Part shown: positions 49,406 through 58,520 of the stretch, piece by piece
Numbering within the stretch: the stretch's first letter is position 1
How the letters are laid out: every line of letters begins with the position of its first letter
Source: an uncultured Acidobacteriota bacterium
Lineage (GTDB): Bacteria > Actinomycetota > Acidimicrobiia > Spongiisociales > ZC4RG35
DNA length: 64,000 nt
Direction of reading: 5' to 3'
NCBI GenBank assembly: GCA_963828465.1
Contig: CAWHEU010000027.1
Location: 9,309 to 73,308 of the forward strand
Notes under the pieces: model-generated
Databases searched by the model: none
The model's input: the letters and a program-made list of their open reading frames with translations, nothing else
What the model was told of the DNA's origin: nothing
Translations under genes and position numbers: made by a program

Positions 49406-50355
49406 GTCTCCAGGTCGAGGTAGCGCATCTCGTCAGGGGTCAGTTCGACTTCTAGCGCGCCCAGCGCGCTGTGGAAGTTCTCGACCTTCGACGGGCCGAC
49501 CAGGGCGACAACGGGGTACTCCTGACCGAGGACGAAAGCGAGGGCGACCTGGAGAGCCGATGCGTTCCGTAGGTCAGCCACTTCTTCGGCCCTTCGCATC
49601 CGTTCGAAGTTGTCGTCGGAGAAAAACGCCCTGGTGCTCTCGTCCACGTCCGTGTCATCGGGCTGGAAGCGACCGCTGGCGAATCCTGCTGCCAGCGAGG
49701 TCCAGGCGAACACGGGCAGCTGGGTCTCGGCATGCCAGCGGCGGGTTTCGTCGTCGGCAAACAGCGTCCCGGGGAACTGCATCTGGACAGGGCGGGGCAG
49801 GCTCAGACCGGGCGAGGAAGCCGCGAACCCGGTGAGCCCGTGCTCGGCTGCGTATGCGTTGGCCGAAGCGATCCGCTCGACCGTCCAGTTGGAGGCGCCG
49901 AATGCAACGATACGGCCGCTCGCCTTCTCTTCGTTGAGCGCTTCCAGGAGCGGGCCGGGAGGAACCGTCTCGTCGTCCCGGTGCAGCAGGTACAGGTCGA
50001 CGTTGTCGGTCCCGAGCCTCTCGAGGCTCTCGCTCAGGTCGGAATGGATCGCCTCCGCATTGACCCGGGGCGGGCCAAACCGCCCGGCCTCGTCCACACG
50101 TGGGTGGCATCCTTTGGTGACGAGGACGATGTCATCACGTCGACCTGAGTGCCCGAGCCACCGGCCCAGAGCCTTCTCGCTCTCGCCGAAACCATAGATG
50201 TGGGCGGTGTCGATGCAGTTCCCGCCGACGGCGAGGTAAGCGTCGATCAGCTCGGCGACCGTGTCATCTCCGGCAGGGGTGAAGATCTTGGATGTTGTGC
50301 CCAGACCGATGACCGAAACGGGGCGCTCGATGCCGGCTATCTCGATGTATCGCAT
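49402..50355 (-). CDS. Aldo/keto reductase
   Basis: GLGT, IDTAHIYG, TKGCHP, SLERLGTDNVDLYLLHRD, FGASNW. Confidence 0.9.
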   Translation of the reverse strand: MRYIEIAGIERPVSVIGLGTTSKIFTPAGDDTVAELIDAYLAVGGNCIDTAHIYGFGESEKALGRWLGHSGRRDDIVLVTKGCHPRVDEAGRFGPPRVNAEAIHSDLSESLERLGTDNVDLYLLHRDDETVPPGPLLEALNEEKASGRIVAFGASNWTVERIASANAYAAEHGLTGFAASSPGLSLPRPVQMQFPGTLFADDETRRWHAETQLPVFAWTSLAAGFASGRFQPDDTDVDESTRAFFSDDNFERMRRAEEVADLRNASALQVALAFVLGQEYPVVALVGPSKVENFHSALGALEVELTPDEMRYLDLET

Positions 50356-50364
50356 ATGCGGCGG

Positions 50365-51366
50365 TCACCGTACCGGCTCGATCGGGAAATCATCATCAGG
50401 GATCACCGGGCGCTGCTCGGCGATCGATCGTTTGAGACTCGCTTCGAATTGCAGTTCTCGAAGGCCGGCGATGCCCGGAACCGGCGGCGGGAGGCCCGCC
50501 CGCACGGAGTGGAGATAGGCGTCGATCGACTTTTCGAAAGATGCGTCGTACTTGTCCCAGCGGGAGGTTTCCCGGCTCGGCGTCACGATCTCGTGCACGA
50601 CGCCGTTCGAATCGAGCACCTCCATCTCCTCATCGAGACCGCGAAAGTGGAGACGACCTCGCTCGAAGGCGACGATCAACTCGAAGAGGGGAAACCCCCA
50701 ATCGATCCCGTTGGTGCCGAGAAGCGTGCCGGTCGCGTCCTGACCGATGAGGAAGGAGGCCGCGATGTCAGGCGCCGTCCCCGAGGCGGGATGTTCATGC
50801 GCTCGGGTGCCCTGCTGGGCGGAGATTCGCCGGATCGGTCCGACAAACAGAAGTATCAAATCGATGCAATGGCTCCAGGTGGCGTAGTGGGAAAGCGCCA
50901 TGACGCTGACCGGGGCGCCGAAATCACGCTCTTCGACGATCTCTCGGCCCCTCATCGTCTGGTCGAAGAACCGGTAGTTGAACACCATCGCAACCTCTGC
51001 CCCTGCCGTGTTGGCCTCCTCGAGGAGGGCTTTGCCATCCCAGAAGTCCTGTTCGACGACATTGGCCTGGCCGCCTCGAGCTACCAAAGGCTTTTCCAGG
51101 AACAACCGCTTCGGCCCGAAAGGTAGAAGTGCGCGGGTCGACTCCAGACGCTCCTGCTCACCGGTAAGGACGAACACCGCCTCCGGCTCCCGGGCAAGCA
51201 ACTCGTCGAGAGAGCCGGCCACCGGCACCCCGAATCGCTCACCCAGGGCATCGGCACGCTCCCTCGTCCTCGAGTAGAGAGTCAACGAGACATCGTCGTG
51301 ACGGAGGAGACCCGGTATGTAGTTGCGCTCCGCGACCTTGCCGGTCCCGACGATGGCGATTTCCAC
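50365..51366 (-). CDS. Gfo/Idh/MocA-family oxidoreductase
   Basis: IAIVGTGKVA, LFLEKP, FNYRF, SHCIDL. Confidence 0.85.
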   Translation of the reverse strand: MEIAIVGTGKVAERNYIPGLLRHDDVSLTLYSRTRERADALGERFGVPVAGSLDELLAREPEAVFVLTGEQERLESTRALLPFGPKRLFLEKPLVARGGQANVVEQDFWDGKALLEEANTAGAEVAMVFNYRFFDQTMRGREIVEERDFGAPVSVMALSHYATWSHCIDLILLFVGPIRRISAQQGTRAHEHPASGTAPDIAASFLIGQDATGTLLGTNGIDWGFPLFELIVAFERGRLHFRGLDEEMEVLDSNGVVHEIVTPSRETSRWDKYDASFEKSIDAYLHSVRAGLPPPVPGIAGLRELQFEASLKRSIAEQRPVIPDDDFPIEPVR

Positions 51367-51412
51367 GGCGGCGCCGACCCTAGGTGAGGCGGCGCCGCCG
51401 ATCAGGCCCGGG

Positions 51413-51868
51413 TCAGCCGCCCACCCTGGCCGCGAAGTAGGCCTGGAGGCGGTCGAAGAATCCCTGCCAGGCCACGTTGGCGAAGAAGTCCCGGTTGCTC
51501 TCGTCCGGCAGCCCCGAGTGGATCACTTTCATCAACGTCTTCCCCCCTTCGTCCTCGAAGGTGATCTCGACGGTTGTGTCATCCATACTGCTGCCGTCCG
51601 GTGAGCTCCCGCTCGATTTGCTGACGAGCCGATGCGGCCGGTCAACGACCTCGAAGGTCTGAGTCTCACGAAACATCTCATCCGGGGAGAACCCCCAGGC
51701 GCTCACCCAGGTGCCGCCCACCCGAAGGTCGATCTCGTTCTCGACGATCATTTCCTCCTCGTTGAGGATGGTGAACCAGACCTTCATCGCTTCGGGATCG
51801 GTGTATGCGTCGAACACCTCCTCCGGGGTGGCGTCGATCAACCTCTCCACTCTGAGCTCGTAGCTCAT
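51413..51868 (-). CDS. SRPBCC/AHSA1-family ligand-binding protein
   Basis: ERLIDATPEEVFDAYTDP, DLRVGG, GWQ-like AWQGFFDRL; ATG 51868 overlaps the arsR stop. Confidence 0.88.
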   Translation of the reverse strand: MSYELRVERLIDATPEEVFDAYTDPEAMKVWFTILNEEEMIVENEIDLRVGGTWVSAWGFSPDEMFRETQTFEVVDRPHRLVSKSSGSSPDGSSMDDTTVEITFEDEGGKTLMKVIHSGLPDESNRDFFANVAWQGFFDRLQAYFAARVGG

Positions 51869-52200
51869 AGTTCTTCTCCTTTCTTCTCTTCGAAATAGGC
51901 CTCGAGCCCGTCGAGTCGGCGGTCCCATTGATTCCGGTAGAACTCGATCCAGTCGAACGCGTCGTCCATGCGGGATGGGCCGAGGCGACAACTCCGGGTC
52001 CGCCCCACCTTTTCGGTGACCACAAGCTCTGCCTCCTCGAGGATCCGGACGTGTTTCTTGAGACCGGTCAACGACATGGCCAACGGTCGGGCCAACTCGG
52101 TGATCGAGGCCGGTCCACGACCGAGCCGGTCCAGGATCTGACGTCTGGTGGGATCGGAGATGGCTCCTAAGGTTCTATCGAGTGTCGCATACTGAACCAT
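51865..52200 (-). CDS. ArsR/SmtB-family regulator
   Basis: AISDPTRRQIL, KHVRILEEAELV, KVGRTR, WDRRLDGL. Confidence 0.9.
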   Translation of the reverse strand: MVQYATLDRTLGAISDPTRRQILDRLGRGPASITELARPLAMSLTGLKKHVRILEEAELVVTEKVGRTRSCRLGPSRMDDAFDWIEFYRNQWDRRLDGLEAYFEEKKGEEL

Positions 52201-52236
52201 TTGGTTCAGTATGCCAGCTCAGTGAGAACCCGTCAA
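52187..52236 (-). promoter_or_regulatory. Leaderless sigma-A promoter with perfect ArsR operator over the start codon
   Basis: Minus strand TTGACG-N17-CATACT-N7-ATG; palindrome GCATACTGAACCA-tt-TGGTTCAGTATGC (52187-52214). Confidence 0.85.
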
Positions 52237-52250
52237 TCCTGCTCTGAGGA

Positions 52251-53327
52251 TCAGTCGGCGATCAGGCGGGTCATCAAGTCGCGAACCTCACCCGGTTCGA
52301 AGTCGAGCGTCGAATCACCAACCGTGAGCTCGACGATCTGCCAATCGGGATGCGTCCCCGGGAAAGTCGTCTTCCAGGTCCAGATCCCTTCCTCCTCCGC
52401 GATACGCAGCGAATTGGCCTTCAACACGTCCGACGAGAGACCCAGGTGAAGATGGAACATCGACGTATGAGGCGGATCTGGAACCACCCGCACCCGATCG
52501 AGGTCACGCAGGGCATCGGCGATCGCCAGGGCATGATCCCTGTAGCTTTTCATTCGTGGGAGCCGGGACCGGACGGAGGCCAGAGCCGACGCGGCGTATG
52601 GCCACATGGCGAACAGGGTCCCGCCGTGGCGAAGACGCCATTCCCGGGCTTCTGCAATGAAGTCCTCGGGGCCGGCCAAGCCCGACCCGGCCAGGGCCCC
52701 CAGGTCCTTGTAGAACGAGACATAGACGCTGTCGAACAGCCCGGCGATTTCTTCCAACGGTCTGTCGTAGGCGGGTGGGCACTGCCAGAGACGGGCGCCG
52801 TCGAGATGGATCGCCGCCCCATGGTCACGAGCCCACGCGGTCTGGGCGAGGAGATCCTCCCAACCCGGCAGCTGGCCACCTATTTCCCGCTGAGGCAGCT
52901 CGAGCAGCAGGGCGCCTAGCGGTTCGGCTATGTCCTCCAAGCTCTCGAGACTTAGGGGGACGTAGGGATCACCAACCGGGCGCCCGACGAGGTCATGGAG
53001 CCGCTCGAAAGCGCCTCCCTCGTGCATTTCCACGTGACTGGTGGGATGAAACGCGATCGTCCGACGATTCCGTCGATCGGCATGTATCCGCAAGGCGATC
53101 TGCTGTGCCATGGTCCCGCTCACGAAGAAAGCGGCAGCCGGCATCCCGAGGAGATCGGCGAGGTAGGTCTCGAGTTCTTCGACAACGCCGCCGTCCCCGT
53201 AGCGATCCGGGGTGATGTCGGTGGGTAGCTCCGAGAGCATCCCGGCGGCGGTTCGATCGCCATGCCAGGCCAGCCATCGGGTGCAGGCGCGACGAATCCG
53301 ATCGATCTCGGCTTCGTTTGGGTCCAT
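52251..53327 (-). CDS. Low-specificity threonine aldolase family PLP enzyme
   Basis: SGTMAQQIAL, SHVEMHE, ELPQREIGG, HLDGARLW, YVSFYKDLG. Confidence 0.85.
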   Translation of the reverse strand: MDPNEAEIDRIRRACTRWLAWHGDRTAAGMLSELPTDITPDRYGDGGVVEELETYLADLLGMPAAAFFVSGTMAQQIALRIHADRRNRRTIAFHPTSHVEMHEGGAFERLHDLVGRPVGDPYVPLSLESLEDIAEPLGALLLELPQREIGGQLPGWEDLLAQTAWARDHGAAIHLDGARLWQCPPAYDRPLEEIAGLFDSVYVSFYKDLGALAGSGLAGPEDFIAEAREWRLRHGGTLFAMWPYAASALASVRSRLPRMKSYRDHALAIADALRDLDRVRVVPDPPHTSMFHLHLGLSSDVLKANSLRIAEEEGIWTWKTTFPGTHPDWQIVELTVGDSTLDFEPGEVRDLMTRLIAD

Positions 53328-53375
53328 CGGGCGACTGTATCCCGGGGGCGGGGGCCAGCGGTCCCGAATTTTCGA

Positions 53376-53864
53376 TCAGACGGGAACGTCTCCCAGGATC
53401 TCCTCGAGCTTGACGAGGATCTGCCGTTCCCCATCGCTGACCTGCTCGGCGCCGATCCCGAAGAAGCCACCCTCTTTGGCGGCTTCGGCGGCGTTCTTGG
53501 CCGACTGGAGGACCCAGGCGCGATACCCGGTCGCCTCCTCCGCCGTCGCCTTCTGGGTGACTATTCGGTTGGCTTCCCGGAGCTCGTCCAGGATCAGCTC
53601 ACGAGGGTCGGCGCCAGACTCCGGCTTGAGGTCCGACAGGGGGTTCTGTTTCTCCTCCAGCGCCACCTTCAAGCCGGCGGACAGGTCGACCACCAGACCT
53701 TGCTCGTCCGTGGGGGTCACGGCGGACTTCATCGCCGCCATGGACTCCTTCGACATCTCGATGGGGCCACCTATGTCGGCTAGCGAAACTCCCATGCCGG
53801 CGACCAGCGGGGCCCGGTAGAGCTTGACCCACTCTTCTTCTGTGAAATCGGCCTTGCTGGTCAC
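53376..53864 (-). CDS. Conserved-looking hypothetical alpha-helical protein
   Basis: Typical codon usage, GAAAGGG RBS; FTEEEW...AP..AG...AD and AEAAKEGGFFGIG...VSDGE segments. Confidence 0.75.
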   Translation of the reverse strand: MTSKADFTEEEWVKLYRAPLVAGMGVSLADIGGPIEMSKESMAAMKSAVTPTDEQGLVVDLSAGLKVALEEKQNPLSDLKPESGADPRELILDELREANRIVTQKATAEEATGYRAWVLQSAKNAAEAAKEGGFFGIGAEQVSDGERQILVKLEEILGDVPV

Positions 53865-54142
53865 GGTGAACCCTTTCTCTGATGGCTGCTCGCGACTCTA
53901 AGCGGATGGCCGCGTTAGGCCGGACCGTCAATCGGCTGCGGCGACCTCGATGAGGGCGGCGGGAAGCATGTCCGGGTCGATGACGCAACCCACCCACCAC
54001 GATCCAGCGCTGACCGGCACGGTGAGGGTCGAGGGGCCGCCAATGGCGTGTCCAACAGCGGCAAGTCGGCGCAGGAAACCCTTTCAGCCGTCGAAACCGC
54101 CTGGATCGACTACGAGGCCGGCCAGGTAGCTGTGGAGCCCGG

Positions 54143-54580
54143 TTAGGAACCTTCTTCGACGACCTTCTTGAGACCGTCGAGCATCGACTGCCAGTTGCCT
54201 TCGGAGTGGTCCTTCGCCTCGACGGTCTCGTTGTGGTCCTGGATCAGAGTCACCTTTGTCGCCGGGCCGTCGTCGACCACCTCGATACGGACGGTGTGAT
54301 AGTTCTCCGGCACATCAGGCAACCCGGTCAACGGGCTGAAGTGGCTGTACTCGAGGACCTGGGGCGGAAGGACCTCGCGGACTGTGCCCTTGTCCTGGTA
54401 TGACCGACCGTCCCATTCCCCTTCCCAGGTGATCGGGCTTCCCTCGCTCCAGTCGGTGGTCACCTTGGTCCCAAACATGTATTGGCTGATCGACTCCGGG
54501 TCGGTCAGGGCATCCCAGACCTCTTCCTTCGGGGCATCGATGACCGTGGACACTTTCGCCACGTGATCGCTGTCTGACAT
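54143..54580 (-). CDS. SRPBCC/AHSA1-family protein
   Basis: IDAPKEEVWDALTDP, YMFGT, DWSEGSPITW, HFSPL, NWQSMLDGLK; ATG 54580 behind GAGG. Confidence 0.87.
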   Translation of the reverse strand: MSDSDHVAKVSTVIDAPKEEVWDALTDPESISQYMFGTKVTTDWSEGSPITWEGEWDGRSYQDKGTVREVLPPQVLEYSHFSPLTGLPDVPENYHTVRIEVVDDGPATKVTLIQDHNETVEAKDHSEGNWQSMLDGLKKVVEEGS

Positions 54581-54624
54581 CGGCTTCCTCTCGTCGGACA
54601 CACGAGTCCTACCCGAAATCGTCC

Positions 54625-54650
54625 CAAACCATGCACTCGGCGGCTCCGAA
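54625..54650 (+). promoter_or_regulatory. Possible SigK-like ECF promoter
   Basis: CAAACC-N15-CCGAA upstream of the DUF4331 gene, resembling the actinobacterial SigK-type CATCC...CCGAA pattern. Confidence 0.4.
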
Positions 54651-54685
54651 CTACCCGCGTCATCGAACGACTTTGGAAGGAGGCG

Positions 54686-55837
54686 ATGATGACGACCATA
54701 CGAAAGGCGGCGTCGAATGTGGCCATCTGGGTGCTACTTGCCCTGGTAGCCACGTTTGCGTTTGCCCCTTTGACCGCCCAGGGGGCGGATCACCTCGATG
54801 CACCGGGGTTGACCTCGCCCGGAGGCAAGACCCGACTCGACATCAACGACGTGTATGTCTTCGAGGGCTCGGATCCCTCCAAGACGGTGCTGGCGGCCAC
54901 GGTCAACCCGATAGCCACCGGCGACACGAAGTTTGCCGACCGTCGGGAAGGTGCATATCACTTGAGGATCGATCAGAACGGCGATGCACGCGAGGACGTC
55001 ACGTACTCGTTCAGCTTCGTGGATCGCTTCTTCCGTGATGGACAGTTCGTGACTGTCCGCAGGGCGACCGGGTCCGAGGCCCGTGAGGTCACCCCGGACG
55101 GGAAGTTGATCGGATTCGGCTCCACCGAGGACTCGATCCGACTGTTCTCGGGCAACGGCAAGGTGTTCACCGGCCTGCGCTCGGACCCGTTCTTCTTCGA
55201 CCTCAGCGGTTTCCGTGGAACCGTCGAAGGCGTCGGGTCACGGATGTTCAACGACGGCATGGAGAGCGACTTCTTCGAAGACCTCAACACACTCGCCGTC
55301 GTCATTGAGGTACCCGACTCCAAGCTGGGCAAGCAGATCGGGGTGTGGGGAACCACGAGCTCCGAGAACGGCAGTCGCGATCGCCAGGTCGATCGCATGG
55401 GTCGGCCCGCGATCAACACCGTGGTCAACAGCTCTGGACCGATCGTCGGTGCGGACTCCAACGCCAAGAACGTGTTCAACGCCGGGAAGCCCAAGCGCGA
55501 TGTCGCCGACTTCACGGCCGGCACGATCGCAGCGTTGCAGGCATTCTCATCGCTGGACGTCGAAGGCGCCTATAGCGATGCGGCGGCGGGCGCCCTCGCC
55601 GGCGTGCTGTTGCCGGATGTCATCACCTACGACACCGCAACCGCTGCTGCGGGACCGTTGAACGGTCGAGCCCTGGCCGACGACGTGATCGACATCGAGT
55701 TGCGGATCGTGACGGGTGGAGACCCGCTCGGTCTGTTCGACGATCGAGATGCCGACGGCGCCATCAACACCGATGGAATCGGGCCGCACGACGACTACCT
55801 GTCCAAGTTCCCATACCTGGGAGTGCCAAACAGCTGA
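54686..55837 (+). CDS. DUF4331-family secreted protein
   Basis: Signal peptide; ADHLDAP, DINDVYVF, GLRSDPFFFD, DRMGRPAIN, NGRALADDVID, FPYLG. Confidence 0.87.
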   Translation: MMTTIRKAASNVAIWVLLALVATFAFAPLTAQGADHLDAPGLTSPGGKTRLDINDVYVFEGSDPSKTVLAATVNPIATGDTKFADRREGAYHLRIDQNGDAREDVTYSFSFVDRFFRDGQFVTVRRATGSEAREVTPDGKLIGFGSTEDSIRLFSGNGKVFTGLRSDPFFFDLSGFRGTVEGVGSRMFNDGMESDFFEDLNTLAVVIEVPDSKLGKQIGVWGTTSSENGSRDRQVDRMGRPAINTVVNSSGPIVGADSNAKNVFNAGKPKRDVADFTAGTIAALQAFSSLDVEGAYSDAAAGALAGVLLPDVITYDTATAAAGPLNGRALADDVIDIELRIVTGGDPLGLFDDRDADGAINTDGIGPHDDYLSKFPYLGVPNS

Positions 55838-55841
55838 GTCA

Positions 55842-55872
55842 TTGGCCGGTGGGGGAAACCCCCACCGGCCAA
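55842..55872 (+). terminator. Perfect intercistronic hairpin
   Basis: TTGGCCGGTGGGGG-aaa-CCCCCACCGGCCAA, 14-bp arms, directly after the DUF4331 stop. Confidence 0.7.
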
Positions 55873-55901
55873 CACTCGGGCGGTATCGAGAAAGGATCGA
55901 C

Positions 55902-57215
55902 ATGAGACGAGCAATCACCGCCATAGTTGCCATAGGGCTGCTGGTTGCCGGTTCCTACGGCCTCCGCGCACTCACCGACACCCCAGAAACCGCGCCGGCC
56001 AGTGCTTACGAACAGTCCCCCATCCCCCGCCTGGGCGAGGTCGAACGCCTGATCTCCGTCTTCGAGGAGCGAGTCACCGAGAACGGCGACCCTCTGGACT
56101 TGAGCGAGCTGGGCAGGCTCTATCTGGAGCGGGCCGAGCTGGTCGACGATCTCGGCGACTACGGATCTGCCATCGACAGTCTCGAAAAAGCAGTGAACCT
56201 GGCGCCGGAGGACCGCGTAGCCGGTCTCCGCCTCGCCCAGTCCTACCTAGCCGTGCATCGTTTCGACGAGGCACTCGGGCTCGCCTCGAGCCTCGCCGCA
56301 TCCGACACCACGGACGCGGCAGCACAGTTGGTGGTTGCGGACGCCCAGTTCGAGCTCGGTGACGCCGAGGCCGCTGCCGGGGCACTGGAGAAGGTCGCCG
56401 CAATCACCGGTGAGATACCCGAGATCCTGACTCGCCGTGCCCAGCACGCCGATTCGATGGGGGACGTCCCAGCGGCACTCGGCTATGCGGAGGAAGCATT
56501 GCGGGTCACCGAAGCCGATGGCTCCGAGCCCCGGCGTCTCGCCTTTCATCTGACGTTTGCCGCCCACTTCCTCAACGATCTCGGTCGATACGAGCAGGCA
56601 GAGACCATGCTGAATCGGGCCATCGAGGCCGATCCCACCTGGTCGTCCTCACGGGCGACGTTGGGTGCCGTGCTGATGTCCGACGGAAGGCTCGAAGAGG
56701 CATTCACGGCCTATGAGGGAGCAGCAGCCTTGAGCCCGGACCCCGGCACGCTCGCCATCCTCGGTGATCTCTCCGTGGCCCTGGGTGATGAGCGGCGAGC
56801 CGAGGCCTTCTATGACCAGGTGGAGCCGGCAGCCAGCGAGACTCCAGTTCATCAGGACGCCTATCGACGGACGCTGGCCCAATACCTGGCCGATCACGAT
56901 CTGGAGCCGGAGCGTGCAGTCGAGCTCGCCGAGGTCGATGTGAGTCAGCGATCGGATCCGTTTGGCCTCGACACCTACGCCTGGGCCCTGTACAGAGCCG
57001 GCCGGGTCGAGGAAGCCAGAAGCCAGATCGACAAGGTCCTCGATGTCGGGCTCAGGGAGCCGCAGATCCTCTACCACTCCGGCCTGATCGCCCTGGCCGA
57101 AGGGAACGAGGAGCAGGCGCGCCTCGAGCTCTCAGAGGCTCTGGACAACGCACCAATGTTCCATCCCCTCCAGGCCCCTCATGCCAAGAGCGTGCTGGAG
57201 TCATTGGAGGGTTGA
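55902..57215 (+). CDS. Membrane-anchored/exported tetratricopeptide repeat protein
   Basis: N-terminal hydrophobic segment; TPR-like helices; DTYAWALY...ILYHSG...NAPMF; GAAAGG RBS. Confidence 0.85.
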   Translation: MRRAITAIVAIGLLVAGSYGLRALTDTPETAPASAYEQSPIPRLGEVERLISVFEERVTENGDPLDLSELGRLYLERAELVDDLGDYGSAIDSLEKAVNLAPEDRVAGLRLAQSYLAVHRFDEALGLASSLAASDTTDAAAQLVVADAQFELGDAEAAAGALEKVAAITGEIPEILTRRAQHADSMGDVPAALGYAEEALRVTEADGSEPRRLAFHLTFAAHFLNDLGRYEQAETMLNRAIEADPTWSSSRATLGAVLMSDGRLEEAFTAYEGAAALSPDPGTLAILGDLSVALGDERRAEAFYDQVEPAASETPVHQDAYRRTLAQYLADHDLEPERAVELAEVDVSQRSDPFGLDTYAWALYRAGRVEEARSQIDKVLDVGLREPQILYHSGLIALAEGNEEQARLELSEALDNAPMFHPLQAPHAKSVLESLEG

Positions 57216-57263
57216 TCAACGAACCTGTCACCGGCCCGAGATGTCTGGGTACATTCCGGGCCG

Positions 57264-58493
57264 GTGACAACCAGTTCGATGGATGGCGGGAGCTGGACCA
57301 ATTGGGTCGGCAACCAGTCTTTCTCACCGAGAGAGATCGTGGGCGTCGATTCCGAGACCGACGTCCAGCGTGAAGTGGCGAGGGCGTCCTCCAGCGGACA
57401 CTCGATCCGCACGGTCGGCACCGGGCACTCGTTCACCCCGATCGTCGAAACTGATGTCCTGCTCGACACCAGCCCGCTCCGCGGGATAATCGAGGTCGAT
57501 CCTGGACAACTCACGGTGAGGGCCGGGCCGAAGACCACCATCGCTGATTTCGGCGATCCGCTGTGGGAGCATGGCCTGGCTCTTGCCAATCAAGGCGACA
57601 TCGACACACAGGCCATAGCCGGCGCCATCGCCACCGCGACCCACGGGTCGGGCCTGAAACAGCCCAACTTCTCGGCGGCCCTCGAAGGAGCGAGGTTCGT
57701 CGACGGATTGGGGAATCTCGTCGAGATCACGAGAGACAGCGACCTGGATGTCCTTCATGCCCTCCAGGCGTCGATTGGTCTGCTCGGCATCATGACCGAG
57801 GTCACGCTCAAGGTTGTCCCCGCCTATGACCTGCACGCCCGGATCGACATCATGAAGTACGACGAGGTCATGGAGCGCTTCGAGTCCGACCTGGAGGAGT
57901 ACCGCCATTTCGGCCTGTTCTGGATGCCGACCGAGGCCTCGGCCGCCCTCTACAACCTCCATGACGCCGGCACCGACGATTGTGTGGTCAAGCGATATCT
58001 GGAGGTCGAACCCGGCACGTCGCCCGACGGCCTGCCCGAGGGCGAGCGCATCGACCGCTCCTACCGGATCTACCCGATGGTCTACGACCCCAATTTCCAC
58101 GAGGTCGAGTACTTCCTGCCCATCGAGCAGGCCCGAGAGATCATGAACGGGATGCGAAAGCTGATGCTCGACTGGCTCCCGCTGAGTGTCTACCCGCTGG
58201 AGATCCGGGTGGTCGCTGCCGACGATGCCTGGCTGAGCCCCAATTATCAGAGGGACAATCTCGTTGTCTCCGTCTCAGGCGAGCCGGGAACCGACTATTG
58301 GCCGTACCTCCGCGCCTGCGACGAGCTGTTCGCCGAGTATGGCGGCCGACCCCACTGGGGCAAGATCCATTTCATGACATCGGAGCGCATCGCGGCTCTG
58401 TTTCCCCGATATCAGGACTTCCTCGAGATGCGTCGGCGATTCGACCCCAACGGGACCTTCCTCAACCAACACCTGCGCTCGCTGTTCCAGTGA
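57264..58493 (+). CDS. FAD-linked oxidase, ALO (arabinono-1,4-lactone/alditol oxidase) family
   Basis: WTNWVGN, VGTGHSF, NQGDID, ATATHGSG, GLLGI, GRPHWGK, DPNGTFLN. Confidence 0.87.
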   Translation: MTTSSMDGGSWTNWVGNQSFSPREIVGVDSETDVQREVARASSSGHSIRTVGTGHSFTPIVETDVLLDTSPLRGIIEVDPGQLTVRAGPKTTIADFGDPLWEHGLALANQGDIDTQAIAGAIATATHGSGLKQPNFSAALEGARFVDGLGNLVEITRDSDLDVLHALQASIGLLGIMTEVTLKVVPAYDLHARIDIMKYDEVMERFESDLEEYRHFGLFWMPTEASAALYNLHDAGTDDCVVKRYLEVEPGTSPDGLPEGERIDRSYRIYPMVYDPNFHEVEYFLPIEQAREIMNGMRKLMLDWLPLSVYPLEIRVVAADDAWLSPNYQRDNLVVSVSGEPGTDYWPYLRACDELFAEYGGRPHWGKIHFMTSERIAALFPRYQDFLEMRRRFDPNGTFLNQHLRSLFQ

Positions 58494-58520
58494 CCAGTCG
58501 ACACAGGAAGAGGGGATCCC

